From assembly GCF_006345805.1 (NCBI RefSeq), contig NC_042998.1:182962001-183026000 (forward strand): DNA of 64,000 nucleotides, written 5' to 3'. Source of the DNA: Octopus sinensis. Taxonomy: Eukaryota. This document shows, in pieces, positions 13,771 to 27,851 of the stretch. Position 1 is the stretch's first letter. Each line of letters starts with the position of its first letter. The position numbers were made by a program, and so were the translations under genes. The notes beneath the pieces were generated by a model. That model did not search any database. It was not told where the DNA came from and was given only the letters and a program-made list of their open reading frames with translations.

Positions 13771-15745
13771 CAAAGTAGAAAAACAGAAGAAAATACCACA
13801 AAGCAATTTTCTAACATTCTAATGATTCTGTTAATTGATGTCTTTTAAACATTTGAATTACAATCCTTTCTACTCTAGACTTAAACTTGGGGATGGGGAG
13901 AAGGGGCTAGTAAGTTACATCAACGCCAGTACTCAATTGGTACTTGCTTCATCTACCCCAAAATTATGAAAAACAAAGTTGACTTCAGTGGCATTTGAAC
14001 TCAGGACATAAAAACTGACAAAATGCCAGTAAGCATCTTACCAGTGTGCTAACAACTCTGCCAGCTCACCTCCTTATGAACAGTTGAATTATAATAGAAA
14101 CTTAATTTAAGTAGAAATATTTTAAATGCAGGGTTTGTATCAGAAAATTAGAGGCAAGTGGTAAAAGGGATTAAATTAAGTAAGTAAAGCAGTGGTTCAT
14201 TGTTGAAACCCTAGAAGGGACTGGCAACCACAGCTCATCGATTTGTTTGAGATTGGGAAATTACAGCTCACCAGTTTATTTGGGGTGGGGGTCACAGTTG
14301 GAGTAAGTCTGTTATACTGTCAAAGCAGAAGGGTCTTTTGACTGCTGTTATTGTTATCTTTGAATAATTTTACTCATCTATCCTAGGACAGATTTTAGAA
14401 CATGGGGTTTTCATTTTAAGGTTTAATTTATGTAATCCTTTTTTTTTTAATGATAAAACAATATTTGCTGAAGGAAATTTGGTTACTACTTTCACCATCA
14501 TCATCATCGTTTAACGTCCGCTTTCCCTGCTAGCATGGGTTGGACGAATGACTGAGGGCTGGCAAACCATATGGCTGCACCAGGCTTCAATCTTCATCTG
14601 GCAGAGTTTCTACAGCTGGATGCCCTTCATAACGCCAACCACTCCAAGAGTGTAGTGGATGCTTTTACATGCCACCGGCATGGGGCCAGTCAGGCGGTAC
14701 TGGTAATGACCTCGCTCGAATCTTTTACACATGCCACCGGCACAGGTGCCAGTAAGGCGATGTTGGTAATGATCACACTCGAATGGTATCTTTTACGTGC
14801 CACCGAACATTATATTAGTTTCAAATTTTGATGCAAGGTCAGTAACTTCAGGAGAGAGGGTAAGTCAATTACATTGACCCCTAGTAGTTAGCTGGTACTT
14901 ATTTTATCAACCCAGAAAGGATGAAAGATAAAGTCAATCTTGGCAGAATTTCAACTCAGAACATAAAGACAAATGAACCTTTGAACATTATATTGAACTA
15001 CTGTATAGAAAGTTCATTTGTTGGCTCATATTTTGAGAACAGATCTGAATACAAACATAACTGTCAGTAGTGGCTATGCTGTGTAATATTTGTAGTGTCA
15101 ATCACTATTCTTTTCAGTGTCTATTGTTTTACAGTGCAAATCTCTCCTAGTTAGATATAACCTTAAACAATAACACTGGTTTTCAGACTAGTGTAATTGT
15201 AAATACAGCTACAAACACACACATGTATACATATAGATGACAAGCTTCAGCAAATTTACACAGATATAGAAAGACAATATGCTGCACAAATTGTCTTGAG
15301 AGAACAAACTTTCCTGACTGTCTCTGTATGTCTGAGTGTACACAAGCATGTTAAATATGGTTGTATATAACTATATTGCATTTAGTGTTGCTTAGTACAT
15401 CTCCAATTAATTAATTCCAGCCTGACAAAGCTTTCCACACGTCAGCAAATGTACTGTTTGCTATTCTGACATAAGACTGACCAGCTTTTAATGGCCATGA
15501 GCAACAACTTGGTAGACATAGATGAAATGTAATGATGCAGAAATGCGTGCATCCTATAGTCTGGTGACCTCATTCGTAGCCTAGTAGTGTGTTTACACCC
15601 ATATTGTCTATTAGGAGAATTTCTTCAGTCAAGACAACTTGTGCAGGTCCAAGTTGTACATATTAGATATGACTGTACATAACTATATTTCATTCAATGT
15701 TGCTTAGTGTGCCTAATTTGTGTGTGTAAGCATGTGTAGTTTACT

Positions 15746-16133
15746 CGTTTACTTGTTTCAGTCATTTGACTGCGGCCATGCTAGAGCACCGCCTTTAGTC
15801 GAGCAAATCAACCCCAGGATTTATTCTTTGTAAGCCTAGTACTTATTCTATCAGTCTTTTTTGCCAAACCACTAAGTTACGGGGACGTAAACACACCACC
15901 ATCAGTTGTCAAGCGATGTTGGGTGACTAACACAGACACACAAACATATACACACACATACATATATACATATATACGACGGGCTTCTTTCAGTTTTCGT
16001 CTACCAAATCCACTCACAAGGCTTTGGTCGGCCCGAGGCTATAGTAGAAAACACTTTCCCAAAGTGTCACGCAGTGGGACTGAACCCGGAATCATGTGGT
16101 TGGTAAGCAGGCTACTTACCACACAGCCACTGT
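15746..16133 (-). mobile_element. SINE family B
   Basis: Reverse-complement copy; others at 19163-19550, 26572-26925, 28996-29316 and 35565-35787. Confidence 0.8.
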
Positions 16134-16470
16134 GCTATAAATGCAATAGTAAGAAACACTTGTGTAAGATGCCATCAAATTGTCTAAACTGAATCAAATT
16201 CAGAACTATGTAATTGCAAAGCAAACTTAACCACACAACTGTTCCTGCACTTTTTTTCTTCTTTTTTTCTTTTTTTTTTTTTCACATATCAAAATAAACT
16301 AGATTTAACCTCTTCTCTTTACACACATCAATATCAATAATTCGCATAAGGGAAACAGTTATTTAGATCTTGGAATTGTGTTTCTATGTCAGTGACATCA
16401 TGTAACAATTTAATCTTCCCATTTCTATTCTTGATATTATCTCGTTAATTCATACACCGACTACACGCAG

Positions 16471-16513
16471 ATATATTGTAGAATGCTTGGAAAGTGGCTG
16501 GCAAGAACAAGTG
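16471..16513 (+). other. Candidate alternative exon of the Slo gene (YIVECLESGWQEQV)
   Basis: acgcag acceptor after an ~78-nt AG-free zone, GTG|gtgagc donor; same phases (2 to 0) as exon 17668-17764. Confidence 0.35.
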
Positions 16514-17667
16514 GTGAGCCCCTAAAAATATATCAAATTTTATTGGCTCTATATTATTGTTCTGACTATGGTTAGATTTAAGTAATTGCAAGATGATGAT
16601 AATTATATTCCATTTCAAAATATGACATGCTTTATCATCAGTACAATCATCATTTGTGTTTCAAACAGATATGAAGCTTGATTAGAAGAAATATATATAA
16701 AACTAGGAAGAAAAATTGAAATACTTTTTCTTTAATTTTTATGTAATTAAATAAATTTCTAGTTCAGCATATTCTTTGTAGACCAATTATTTTATTTCTT
16801 TTTCTTCATCATCATTGTCATCATCATCACCACAACCACTATCACTGCTTTATCATCCATTTTACTATGATGGCATGTAAATAATAGGAACATATTCCAA
16901 TACTACTTATATGTTTTTGTGGTTAAAGAACATTGTTTTGCTGCTGCTTGGCTCCAGGTTTCATCCCATCCCATGGCATGGGACCTTGGGCAAGTGTCCT
17001 ACCATAGCTTTGGGTTTAATAATATACTCTGAGTGAAATTTGATGGGCAAAAAATTGTGCACAAAGAGATACATTTTATATACATTGGTAACAAAAACAG
17101 ATAAACCTGTGCTTTCAAATACAAATACGATTTGGTAGTTTTTCCACCTGTCATGCACAGACACTCTTGTTGCTCTCAATGTTGTTGCTTTCACCAAGCA
17201 TGGAACAGTGACTGGTATATTCAGATCTCATAAGCAACAGCACTATTGTTTACAAAATACTACATAAAATAATCAAATAAATATAATGGATGTAACCCTC
17301 TTACAGTATTGTTTCATAAATTTTAATTCTATGTCATTTTATCTAAGAAGCTAATGTTTTTTTCTCTTTGATCAAACCACTTCCTTACAAATTTTCATTA
17401 GCTTTACTGCATTATGAATACCTCCCACTGTTAACTCACAGTTCTTTTATCACTCATAAAATTAATGAATGCTACACACTACGTCCATACTAACAAGGTC
17501 ATCTCATCCACATGCATTAAGCTAATGCTTTTGATGACCAGCTTCTTTCTTAACTCACTTGTATTCAGTTATCTTTTTTATAAATTAATATTACACATCT
17601 AATGGATGATATACAATATTGATTTTATTTCCTTTCTATCATGTATCTTTTTCTATTTTCTTTCCAG

Positions 17668-17764
17668 ACAAGATGTTGAATCCTGCAGACCCTGGGCACT
17701 GAGTACAACTCAACAAGTTGATTTAGCATTCAATGTGTTTTTTATGATATATTTTTTTATTCGG
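17668..17764 (+). CDS. KCNMA1: Slo/BK exon, S1-S2 loop and S2 (QDVESCRPWALSTTQQVDLAFNVFFMIYFFIR)
   Basis: ttttctttccag acceptor, CGG|gttggt donor; 97 nt, phase 2 to 0; QQVDLAFNVFFMIYFFIR is the Slo1 S2 motif. Confidence 0.95.
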
Positions 17765-18389
17765 GTTGGTATAACAAAAGATTTCTCAAATTTGTTTTTT
17801 ATTTTATAGAAAAAAGAAAAAACATATACTAAAATAAAGATTATATTGGATCCAAAAAGTAAATATTAACTGAAAAAAACTTTTATTTTTTCCTAGAATA
17901 AAATCCATATTTTTACAAAGATATTCTGACAATGATATGAATATGGAGAAAATGAATTAGTAACAATGATATATCTTTGTTGAAAAACCAGGAAATATAA
18001 ATTCATGTTATTTTTTTATAGATTTTTATTCCATACAAATTTTATTTCGTAAAAGTAATATTGAAATAGCAAAGCAAATAAGATATAAGCTTACAGGCTC
18101 ATTACTTAGTATTTCATATCTTCAAGTACACACGTATGTTTGGATAGATGCAAACTTGATTTTACATGCCTTGATTGTTAGAAGGAATTCTTTTAACTTG
18201 CTTCAGTCATTGGATTACAACCATGCTGGGCTACCATCCTGGAGGGTTTACTGTAACAAATTGATCCCAGTATTTATTCTTTTTTAAATTTGATGCTTAT
18301 TCTGTTTGTTCCTTTTGCTGAACTGTTAAGTCAAAGGGACACAAACAAACACCAGCTGTTAAATTGTGTGGAGACTAAGATTAAAACAT

Positions 18390-18428
<39 letters not shown>

Positions 18429-19368
18429 TGTATATTTGTGTGTATGTATGTATATATGTGTGTGTGTGTGTGCATGACTGTGTGTATGTACATATATGTA
18501 TTATGCATGTGTGTGTATTAGGGTGGAATGTTTTTTTGATTTCATGATGGAACTTATTTATGAGCTATAAAATACAGCTTTCATTGCATCTTCTTTGGGG
18601 AAGTTTTTAATGAATGTGATGGAATTACTTTAAAATACAACTTCATCATGTTCTTTTTATGTGACTTCATCCTCAGCCTCCACAACGAGTGATGGGAGTG
18701 TACTGTAATTTACATCTACATGAAAAATTTTCTGAATTTGATAGATTACAATATTTACAATATTTTTACATATTCTGAAGCATTTCTGGATGCAGAAGAT
18801 GAAGTCACAGAAAACAAAAAAAAAACATGTTGAAGTCATACTTTAGAGTAATTTCATTACAGTAATTTAAAAGCTACCTGAAGAAGATGGCAATAAAAAC
18901 TGTATTTTATAGCTAATAAGTAAGTATTAGAACATCTTGTAAGGTGGCAAGCTGGCAGAATCATTAGCAGCATTTTGTCCATCTTTAGATTTAGTTCAAA
19001 TTCTGCTGAGGTTGACTTTGCCTATCCTCTTTTTGGGTGTTAATAAAATAAGTGCCTGTTGAGTTGGTGTAATCACCTCTGAAATTGCTGGCCTTGTGCC
19101 AAAATTAATCCATTTTAGAACATCATAAGGCAGCAAGCTGGCAGAATCATTAGTATTATTTTATTCTTTTACTTGTTTCAGTCAATTGACTGTGGCCATG
19201 CTGGAGCACTACCTTAAAGGGTTTTTAATAAAAGAAATCAACCCCAGAACTTATTCTTTGTAAGCCTAATACTTATTTTATCTGTCTCTTTTGCCAAACC
19301 GCTACATTACAGGGATGTAAACACACCAGCATCGGTTGTCAAGTAATGGCGGAGAGACAAACACAGAT

Positions 19369-19419
<51 letters not shown>

Positions 19420-20044
19420 TATAACAGCGTTCTTTCAGTTTCTGTCTACAAATCTGCTTACAAGGTTTTTGTCAGCCTGAAGCTATAGTAAAACCCAGAA
19501 CCATGTGGTTGGGAAGCTAGCTTCTTACCATACAGCTACACCTGTGCCTGTATGCTGGATAAAGTGCTGAGCAGCATCTCATCTGTCTATAGGTTTTGAG
19601 TTTAAATTCTGCCTTTCATCTTTTGGGGTTAATAAAATAAGTACCAATTGAATACTGGGGCTGATGTAATAGACTTACCCCTCTCCCAAAATTGCTGGCC
19701 TTGTGCCAAAATTTGAAACCAGTATTACAACATCAAGCTCTATTAAGAAAAAAGAAAAGAAAAGCTTTCAAACTTATATAGCATATTACTTAGTGGCATA
19801 GAAACAAAAGCTTTAGTTTTATAAAGAAGAAAACATAAAGTTATATGCACCTTTCCCAGGGGTGTTAGTCAAGTGCAGTGGCTACAACTGGGAATAGACA
19901 CATCAGGTGTTGAAAGTGACTTTTATCATTAGATCATTAGCAGTATATAAAAAGTGAAATAGGAACAGACTACAGTTTTTGCATTGGATCACTTGAAATT
20001 TATCTCTTACTCAACACTAGTTGCAATTTTGAATGTAAATATAT

Positions 20045-20470
20045 TCATCATCATCATCATCATCATCGTTTAACGTCCGCTTTCCATGCTAGCATGGGTT
20101 GGACGGTTCAACTGGGGTCTGGCAAGCCCGAAGGCTGCACCAGGCCAGTCAGATCTGGCAGTGTTTCTACAGCTGGATGCCCTTCCTAACGCCAACCACT
20201 CCGAGAGTGTAGTGGGTGATTTTATGTGCCACCGACACAGGTGCCAGACGAGGCTGGCAGACGGCCACGCTCGGATGGTGTTTTTTATGTGCCACCGACA
20301 CAGGTGCCAGACGAGGCTGGCTGACGGCCACGCTCGGATGGTGTTTTCTTATGTGTCACCGACACAGGTGCCAGACGGGGCTGGCGGACAGCCATGCTCG
20401 GATGGTGTTTGTTACGTGCCTTCAGCACGGAGGCCAGTCGTTGCGGTACTGGCTACGATCACGTTCGGAT
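20045..20470 (-). mobile_element. Repeat family A with tandem ~60-bp internal units
   Basis: Same core; gtgccaccgacacaggtgccagacgaggctggc repeated. Confidence 0.8.
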
Positions 20471-20724
20471 AACAAAAGAAAATAACAAAAGAAAATAAAA
20501 TCTGCATGAAAGTTATATCATTATGTGAAAGACATTCTCTAATACAACAGAAATATATAACTAGGCTTTTACTTAGACTTGAATTTGATTTTTAACATTT
20601 TTTTATTCTTTCAGACTTCTAGACTAGATTGGAAGATATTTTGTTTTATTTTTATTTAACTGTCTACAATATGCTGATACAAAAGAATATGTACAAGCAT
20701 CTATATATATAGATGCTTGTACAT

Positions 20725-20770
<46 letters not shown>

Positions 20771-23065
20771 TATATACATATATATTAGATAGATATTGGC
20801 AATTGATAAAGAATTTTAAATAAAGCCTGAAAAATAAATATTCTACATAAAAAATAAGACAATTTGAGACAATCAAAAAGGCAATGTCCTTCAACTGAGC
20901 TGCTTTCCAGACATGTTTTGTGATCATAGTGAATACAAGCATGCACTATAAGTGGAAATTTAAAAGAAAATACTTTAAAAAACCTAGTAAAATAAAATAA
21001 ACATAGACTTTGGAAAAAAATAGTAATAATAATTTGTAACATTGGCATAAGACCATAAATTCTAGGGAATTGTTTATATCAGTTTTAACTGATGCCACTA
21101 CTTGTCTGGTACTTTATTTTACCTATTCCAAGGAGAAGAAAGACAAAGTCAAACACAACAGGAAAAAATAGTTATAAATTTTAAAATCTTGAAGAAAAAT
21201 GAATTCATGAGTAATGAAGGTGTTGCATCGGGAAAATAAATAGGTGTTGCTAAATAATTTTGGTACACTGATTTGAAATCTACATTTAGAATATTCCTAT
21301 CATTTCCATTTTGTGGGAAATTTGACTCTAGTTATTAAAATAAAACCAATGTTACTTCTTTTCACATGACAGCACAGACACCATGTGATGTATCCTAATT
21401 ACTTCTTTAGATTTTGTATAGCAATTCAGAATGTTATTAAATAGATTTACTCATGTAAATCATTCTGATAACTTCTGCAATGTCTCTGGATGATATACAC
21501 CCATACAACAGTGAAGAAATGTAGTGAAAGCATCAAGGTTGTAACTTGCCTTCAAGTCCTACTTTGGCTGTATGGTAAACAACCAAGAGAGTGACTCGGC
21601 AGTACCATTTTGCTCTGTGCAGTGCAATATAGTTTTCATAACTTGGCCAAATGATAAAAGAAAATCTATTTCATTTACACGCTGTGATTTGGTGTGAGTC
21701 CATAAATCATTATAACTGTTATTTTTGTATGACAAAGATAGCTGGTTTCCAAAAGGAAAATAGATCAATCAGCTCCTCAAACTGTAGCTTGACCTTAAAA
21801 TCTCTACCACAACCACAGGATGAAGTAAGCATCTGCTAGTTACAACAACAACAATCACAGACAAAAATGCTGAAGATTCTGCAAGTAATAAGGAAACAGA
21901 AAGCCAATATATTCGAAATGCAGATCATTCCCCACACCTGCTGAGTCAAACAGAGTTGAATTAATTAGAATTTGGAATCAACAAAAGAAAAAGCAATGCT
22001 CTTTAGTTCCAGACTTCAGTAACAGAATTTTCTTTGGCAGCCTGATGCCAGAGTTTGTATGTGACTATGTCTGCAAAGAGCATAGACTTTTCATTAACGT
22101 TAAGTAAATGAGTCTTAAAGCTGCCTTAGTGCACAGTGCCTGTGAGATTCTTTCAATAATTGTCGTACATGTCACTGACCTCAATGAAACTTGTGAATTC
22201 ATGGAACTACTTTGAAAGTTTATCAAATACATGAGCATACACATGGAATATTTGCGGTGACTGTGTTTAGTGCCTATAGAATATCAGAGATAATAAGAAT
22301 CACTGTAAATAGTATGAGTGGTTATCTAGAACTGAATATGTTGTTACTAAATATAAGTAACATACAACATCCAACACTGGCTGATCCTTTGAAAATATAT
22401 ATTCCACCCCTTTGCTTTAAACTTGACCTTATTACTTGGCCTATTGTGTAAAGGTTATGGATCATCAAGGTTATAGTTTTCAATATTTAAAGGGCAAAGT
22501 CAGTGGAATACTGACAGATACAAAGTTAGATGTAGTATCTGAGGTTTCACTGGACACATAGTGTAATCTGTGATTTGTCTTTCCCTATTTCTAAAGTAAA
22601 TGAAACAGAATGTAGAGCATGGACATCTTTTGCTGAAGTTAAAATTTTTCTTCAGAACTACAGTATTGAAAAGTAATAGATAACTTATGAAAGAATGGAA
22701 TGTAGAATACTCCTTGAAGTGCACTTTTAGCATTTGCATCTTGACTTCTCTACCAACCTTTAAGTCACAAACATGGTAAGGATTTCTACCTGCAGTTTTC
22801 TATTATAGAAAGCAACTATTAGGAAATATGAAATGAAATAGGATGGATGATTGATGTTGGTTCTTGTAGAAAGAGAACTCTTTATCTCACAAATAACAAT
22901 GGAAGAAACTACTATAGAGTTTCACTTCACAATAAGAATCTTCCTTCCAGACTACATGATCTGGATGGATTCTTGGGTGCAGGGATGGCAACTTCACAGG
23001 TGAAACTTGACTGTTTGTCCTAAACCAGAAGAAACAAGGAAGGACCAGACTATTAACACTATTTA

Positions 23066-23099
<34 letters not shown>

Positions 23100-23103
<4 letters not shown>

Positions 23104-23335
23104 AATTATTGTATACAGTGCTCAGGTGCACCACAACTTGTCAAAAGTGTGTATAAGCATATGCGGTAATGTACAAATGTCTGGGAAGTGAACAGTGTAT
23201 AAGTCAGATACATGCTTGCATGTATATGGAGGGGAGAAAATCAGGTGTAGTTTTGGCGAATCTCAGGAAGCATGGAAGTTTTGAAGGATGCAGTGCTCCG
23301 ACAGTTAACAAGATGCCGGTAGTTTGTTCCTTGCT
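23100..23335 (-). mobile_element. CR1/L2-like LINE 3' end
   Basis: Reverse complement of 12770-12990. Confidence 0.7.
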
Positions 23336-24451
23336 TCAGCAACACTTAGCGTGAAAAATTGACACATAAAAAATAAACTTGACAGGCATAAAAAAATAGT
23401 TCGGAAAAGTAACAGTTTGTTTATGCAACTGATGTTGAGGAGAGAAAAAATGAAAAAAGATGATTGTTTTGCATAATATCTGGACATCAATAGGAAATAT
23501 AGTTATCAGCTCTGAATTCTGCATCATTGATTAGTAAGCAATAATAATGTTAATTTAGTGTATCTCAAAAATCGGTAACAAAATTTGCAAGAAATACTGT
23601 AAATAAATTTGAGTACCATAGGCTAGAAGATAACCTCTGGTGAAACAGTACTATGACTCGGTTTTCCTTCCTATATGTATAGGCAACCCTCAAAATTCAT
23701 AAATTCAATTTTCATATTCCTTGAACTTTGGGAAATCTGATTTGCAGGAAATATGAACAATCAAATCTTGAAGACTACATGTACACACCCACAAATTAAC
23801 CATTTCATTCTAAACTCTCAACAAATAACAAACAAGAAGGGAGCCCCATACAGTAACATGTGCACTCACACACACACAAATTATTTCAAGGATATAAATA
23901 CCTCTTAAAGGGATGTCAGCATCCAGGTTCCTCGGTTTCATCCAGTGTATCAGTGAAATACTAAAAGATGTTAGATTTACCTTGATGAATATGGGTATAT
24001 TACCATTTATGTATAAGTAGAAAATGAAGAAATTGATATGTGAACATCAATTTATTGAAACAAATCCAATTTTGAACAGTATCAAACACATAGATCCTAC
24101 AATTGTTTCCATGCCCAATTAATTCAAATTAGAAAAATTAAAGATTCATAATGAATATAGTTAATTGAACATTTCATCAGGGCCAGAACTTGATATAAAA
24201 AGGAACTACATCTCAATGTGTTGATTTATCATTGGTAAACTCAGCATTACATTCAGATATGTGTGTTTCATCATCATCATCATCATCATCATCATCGTCT
24301 AACGTCCGCTTTTCATGCTAGCATGGTTTAGACGATTTGACTAAGGTCTGGTGAACCAGACTCCAATCTGATCTGGCAGAGTTTCTACAGCTGGATGCCC
24401 TTCCTAATGCCAACCACTCCAAGAGTGTAGTGGGTGCTTTTACGTCACCTA

Positions 24452-24578
24452 GTTAAAACCTCTAGTATTAATAATTAAATATTAATTTTTTATTTTTATA
24501 ATTTAAAACATAAATCATAGTTACTTTAACTATGTACCACATGACCATGAGAAAATTATTAATACTAGAGGTTTTAAC
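24452..24578. mobile_element. Small MITE with perfect 25-bp TIRs
   Basis: gttaaaacctctagtattaataatt ... aattattaatactagaggttttaac. Confidence 0.7.
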
Positions 24579-25219
24579 AATATAATTCTTAAGTAATTAA
24601 AAATTTTGTTGGCATTTCATACTCTCACAAGTAATAATGAAAGTCAGGAATAAATGTTTTTAATTACAATTAACTGTATCAAAAATATCATTTAGGCAAC
24701 CTAATGGCTCCTTTGTTTTTCAACGCATTAACACATGCATGCACACAAATAAATTAAAGCAAAATTGCATTTGCACAAATAACGGTTTTCTAAAAATACA
24801 TTAGAATGCATAAACACACATATCTGAATATAATGCTGAGTTTACCAATGATCAGTCAACACACTGAGATTTATTTCCTTTTTCTATCAAGTTTTGGCCC
24901 TGACGAAATGTTCAGTTAACTATATTCATTATGAATCTTTAATTCAGTTTACTAAAATTATTCAAGTCGATGCCTCAGCATGGCCACAGTCTAATGATTG
25001 AAACAAGATATATATATACACACACAAAATAAACTAATGCTGTACCCCGATAAAATGAACCCAGTATACCTTATAAAGTAATTGATGTTAGAGAAGGTAT
25101 TTAGCTAAACAAAAAATTAAACCTACAGAATTTTTTGTCCAAATAAGAACTGGCTCAGACTATGGCAACCCATCAAACCCATTATTAATTCAATTCTTTA
25201 AAATTGTTTTCTATTCCAG

Positions 25220-25331
25220 TTTGTTGCTGCAAATGATAAACTATGGTTTTGGCTGGAGCTTTTCTCTTTTGTCGACTATTTTACAATTCCACCATCTTTT
25301 GTGGCCATCTACCTAGACCGAAATTGGTTAG
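25220..25331 (+). CDS. KCNMA1: Slo/BK exon, S3 ([38 protein letters not shown])
   Basis: ttctattccag acceptor, G|gtgagt donor; 112 nt, phase 0 to 1; not in the ORF track, read by eye. Confidence 0.96.
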
Positions 25332-27289
25332 GTGAGTATTTCACTTACTATGTATTCATCAAATTCTTCACTATCAGCAAAATTATTCTACTGTTTATCT
25401 GGTTTAGATAAGATGGAATTGTATCATTTGTTTAAATTCTGTATCATCTCATCTGTGAACTGATCCAGCTTTCTTACATCTGACCCTACCACATTGATCA
25501 GCACTGATATGTGACTCTTGGGAGAATGTTGTCCTAAAACCACATACCTGACTTGAATACTTGGAATAGGAACACCACTAAAGGAACCCAAGTGTAGAGT
25601 GGTTGTGTTTAACTGGGTGATGAATTAAGTCTGCTACTCAATGATAGCCTTTACTACAATAACCCATTTTATATTACAATTTATTCATTAATACAGTTTA
25701 CAATAGATCCTGATCAATTGAGACATTGACCTCACAAAATCAAAATTCAGTCAAAGAAAAGCTTGAAAAGGAATGAAAACTAGCAATGTTCAGTTTTCAG
25801 TAACATGAGAAAGATAATGATATATAAAATTCAGTTTTCTTCTAATGATGCTATTCTCTAAATATTTTAATTGATACTATCCTCTATAGTATTTATTTTT
25901 GCATTTACAAATATAAACATTTTAAACTGGAACTGATAACCAATTGAAATTCACAGACAAGCACCTAACCAAAGATTTGAAACTTAAACTTCTTGCTTAG
26001 TGGTTAGTGGTGGTTGATTAAACATACAGCTTACACAATTGTGTTCCCAGTATTTTGTGTGTCTTACACAAAGTTTTTAGGATTTCACTGAGAGAAATTG
26101 CATAGATAAAAAGGAATTATGGTCAGAGTTTTGCAATATGGAAATGTTTGTATTATGTCATTGTATTAGAAAATGGCAGCTATGAATAATGAGTTCTTGT
26201 GTTTAGGAAGGTTGTTATAAGTAATAAGTCTTATGCATGGAGCATTTCTTAATATATTTATGTTACTACGCTAAATCTAAAACAGATGAACACTGCTGCT
26301 TGCTACCTTGCTTGTTTATTTAGAGAGAGAGCTTTCCCTAATTACTAAACATTGTTTCTTACATCTTACATCTGATGTGTTTATTTTTGTAGTATTAAAA
26401 GTGCTCTTTCTTGGCTAATTTGGTATTGTGGTTAAGGATGTATATAAGTATGGTTAAGGGGTGTATATAAGTTGTATATAAGCAAACTATGATAATGTTT
26501 TGAGAATTAATGACTGGAATAAATATTGTAATCTTACAAATTATTTATAAATCTATATGTATAGGTACAGGCATAGCTGTGTGCTAAGAAGTTTACTTCT
26601 TAAACTCATGGTTTGAGATTCAGTCACACTGTGTAGCACCTTGAGCCTCAGGCTGACCAAAATCTTGTGTGTGGATTTGATAGATGGAAACTGAAAGAAG
26701 CTTGTATATATCTATATGTGCTTGTATTTGTGTTTGTACCCCACCACTGCTTGATAACTAGTGCTGGTTTCTTTTTGTCCCCATAACTTAGCAGTTCAGC
26801 AAAAGAGACCAATAGAATAAGTACTAGGCTTAAAAAAATAAAAATAAGTACTGAGGGCATTTCGTTTGACTACAATTCTTTAAGGTGATGCCCCAGCATT
26901 GCTGCAGTCTAATAACTGAAACAGATGAAAGATTGTATAAAGCATTGTATAGAATTATTAGTTTTTAGCATTAAATAGGTTTAGATTTATATTTTATTGA
27001 TTTTACTATTTTTTAACATATTTTCATGATTTCCATACATAAAATAAGCATGAAATGTGTATTTTATGCATTTTTAGGAAAAAACCAAATTAATATTAAT
27101 AAAATTCTCCTCACTAGGCAATGGATTGACAGAACCAGTACAGCAATTGACAAAATGACTTACAATATTTAGTTGCGTAGTTTTACTTTGTGTTCAAATC
27201 TCACTCAGAGTCAACTTTGCTTTTGTCCTCCTGGGTCAAATACTATCAGAATGGAAATCGATCAATGGAAATTGCAGATGTGTTACCAG

Positions 27290-27630
27290 TGCCGGTGGCA
27301 TGTAAGAGAACCTTCCGTTTCGCGACCGTTGCCAGCACCGCCCCGTTTCGTGTCCATTGCCAGCCTCGCCTGGCCCTTGTGCCGGTGGCACATAAAAAGC
27401 ACCATCCGTTTGTGGCCGTTTGCCAGCTCTGTCTGGCACCTGTGCGGGTGGCACGTAAAAAGCACCCACTACACTCACGGAGTGGTTGGCGTTAGGAAGG
27501 GCATCCAGCCGTAGAAACACTGCCAGATTTGACTGGGCCTGATGAAGCCTTCTGGCTTCACAGACCCCAGTAGAACCGTCCAACCCATGCTAGCATGGAA
27601 AACGGATGCTAAACGACGATGATGATGATT
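27290..27630 (+). mobile_element. Repeat family A ending ~70 nt upstream of the S4 exon acceptor
   Basis: Same core and tail; further copies at 24268-24450, 35788-35975, 46276-46615, 54886-55113, 59425-59790 and 60625-60932. Confidence 0.8.
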
Positions 27631-27699
27631 TCTTCCAAATTTGTAAACCTTGTGCTTATGTTAGAAATAATTATTACCATTATTTGTTTTTGTCTGTAG

Positions 27700-27851
27700 G
27701 TCTCCGCTCCCTGAGAGCTTTACGGCTTGTCTCAATCCCCGATATTCTCCAATATCTCAATATTTTGAAAACCAGTACAATGATCCGGCTGACACAACTC
27801 GTGGCATTTTTTGTAAGCATGTGGTTGGCTGGAGCTGGTTTCTTGCACCTG
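27700..27851 (+). CDS. KCNMA1: Slo/BK exon, S4-S5 ([50 protein letters not shown])
   Basis: tgtctgtag acceptor, CTG|gtgagt donor; 152 nt, phase 1 to 0; RxxRxxR voltage-sensor motif. Confidence 0.96.

Noticed and set aside
20221-20460. CRISPR-like array
   Set aside because: Eukaryotic context; these are tandem internal units of family A with no unique spacers
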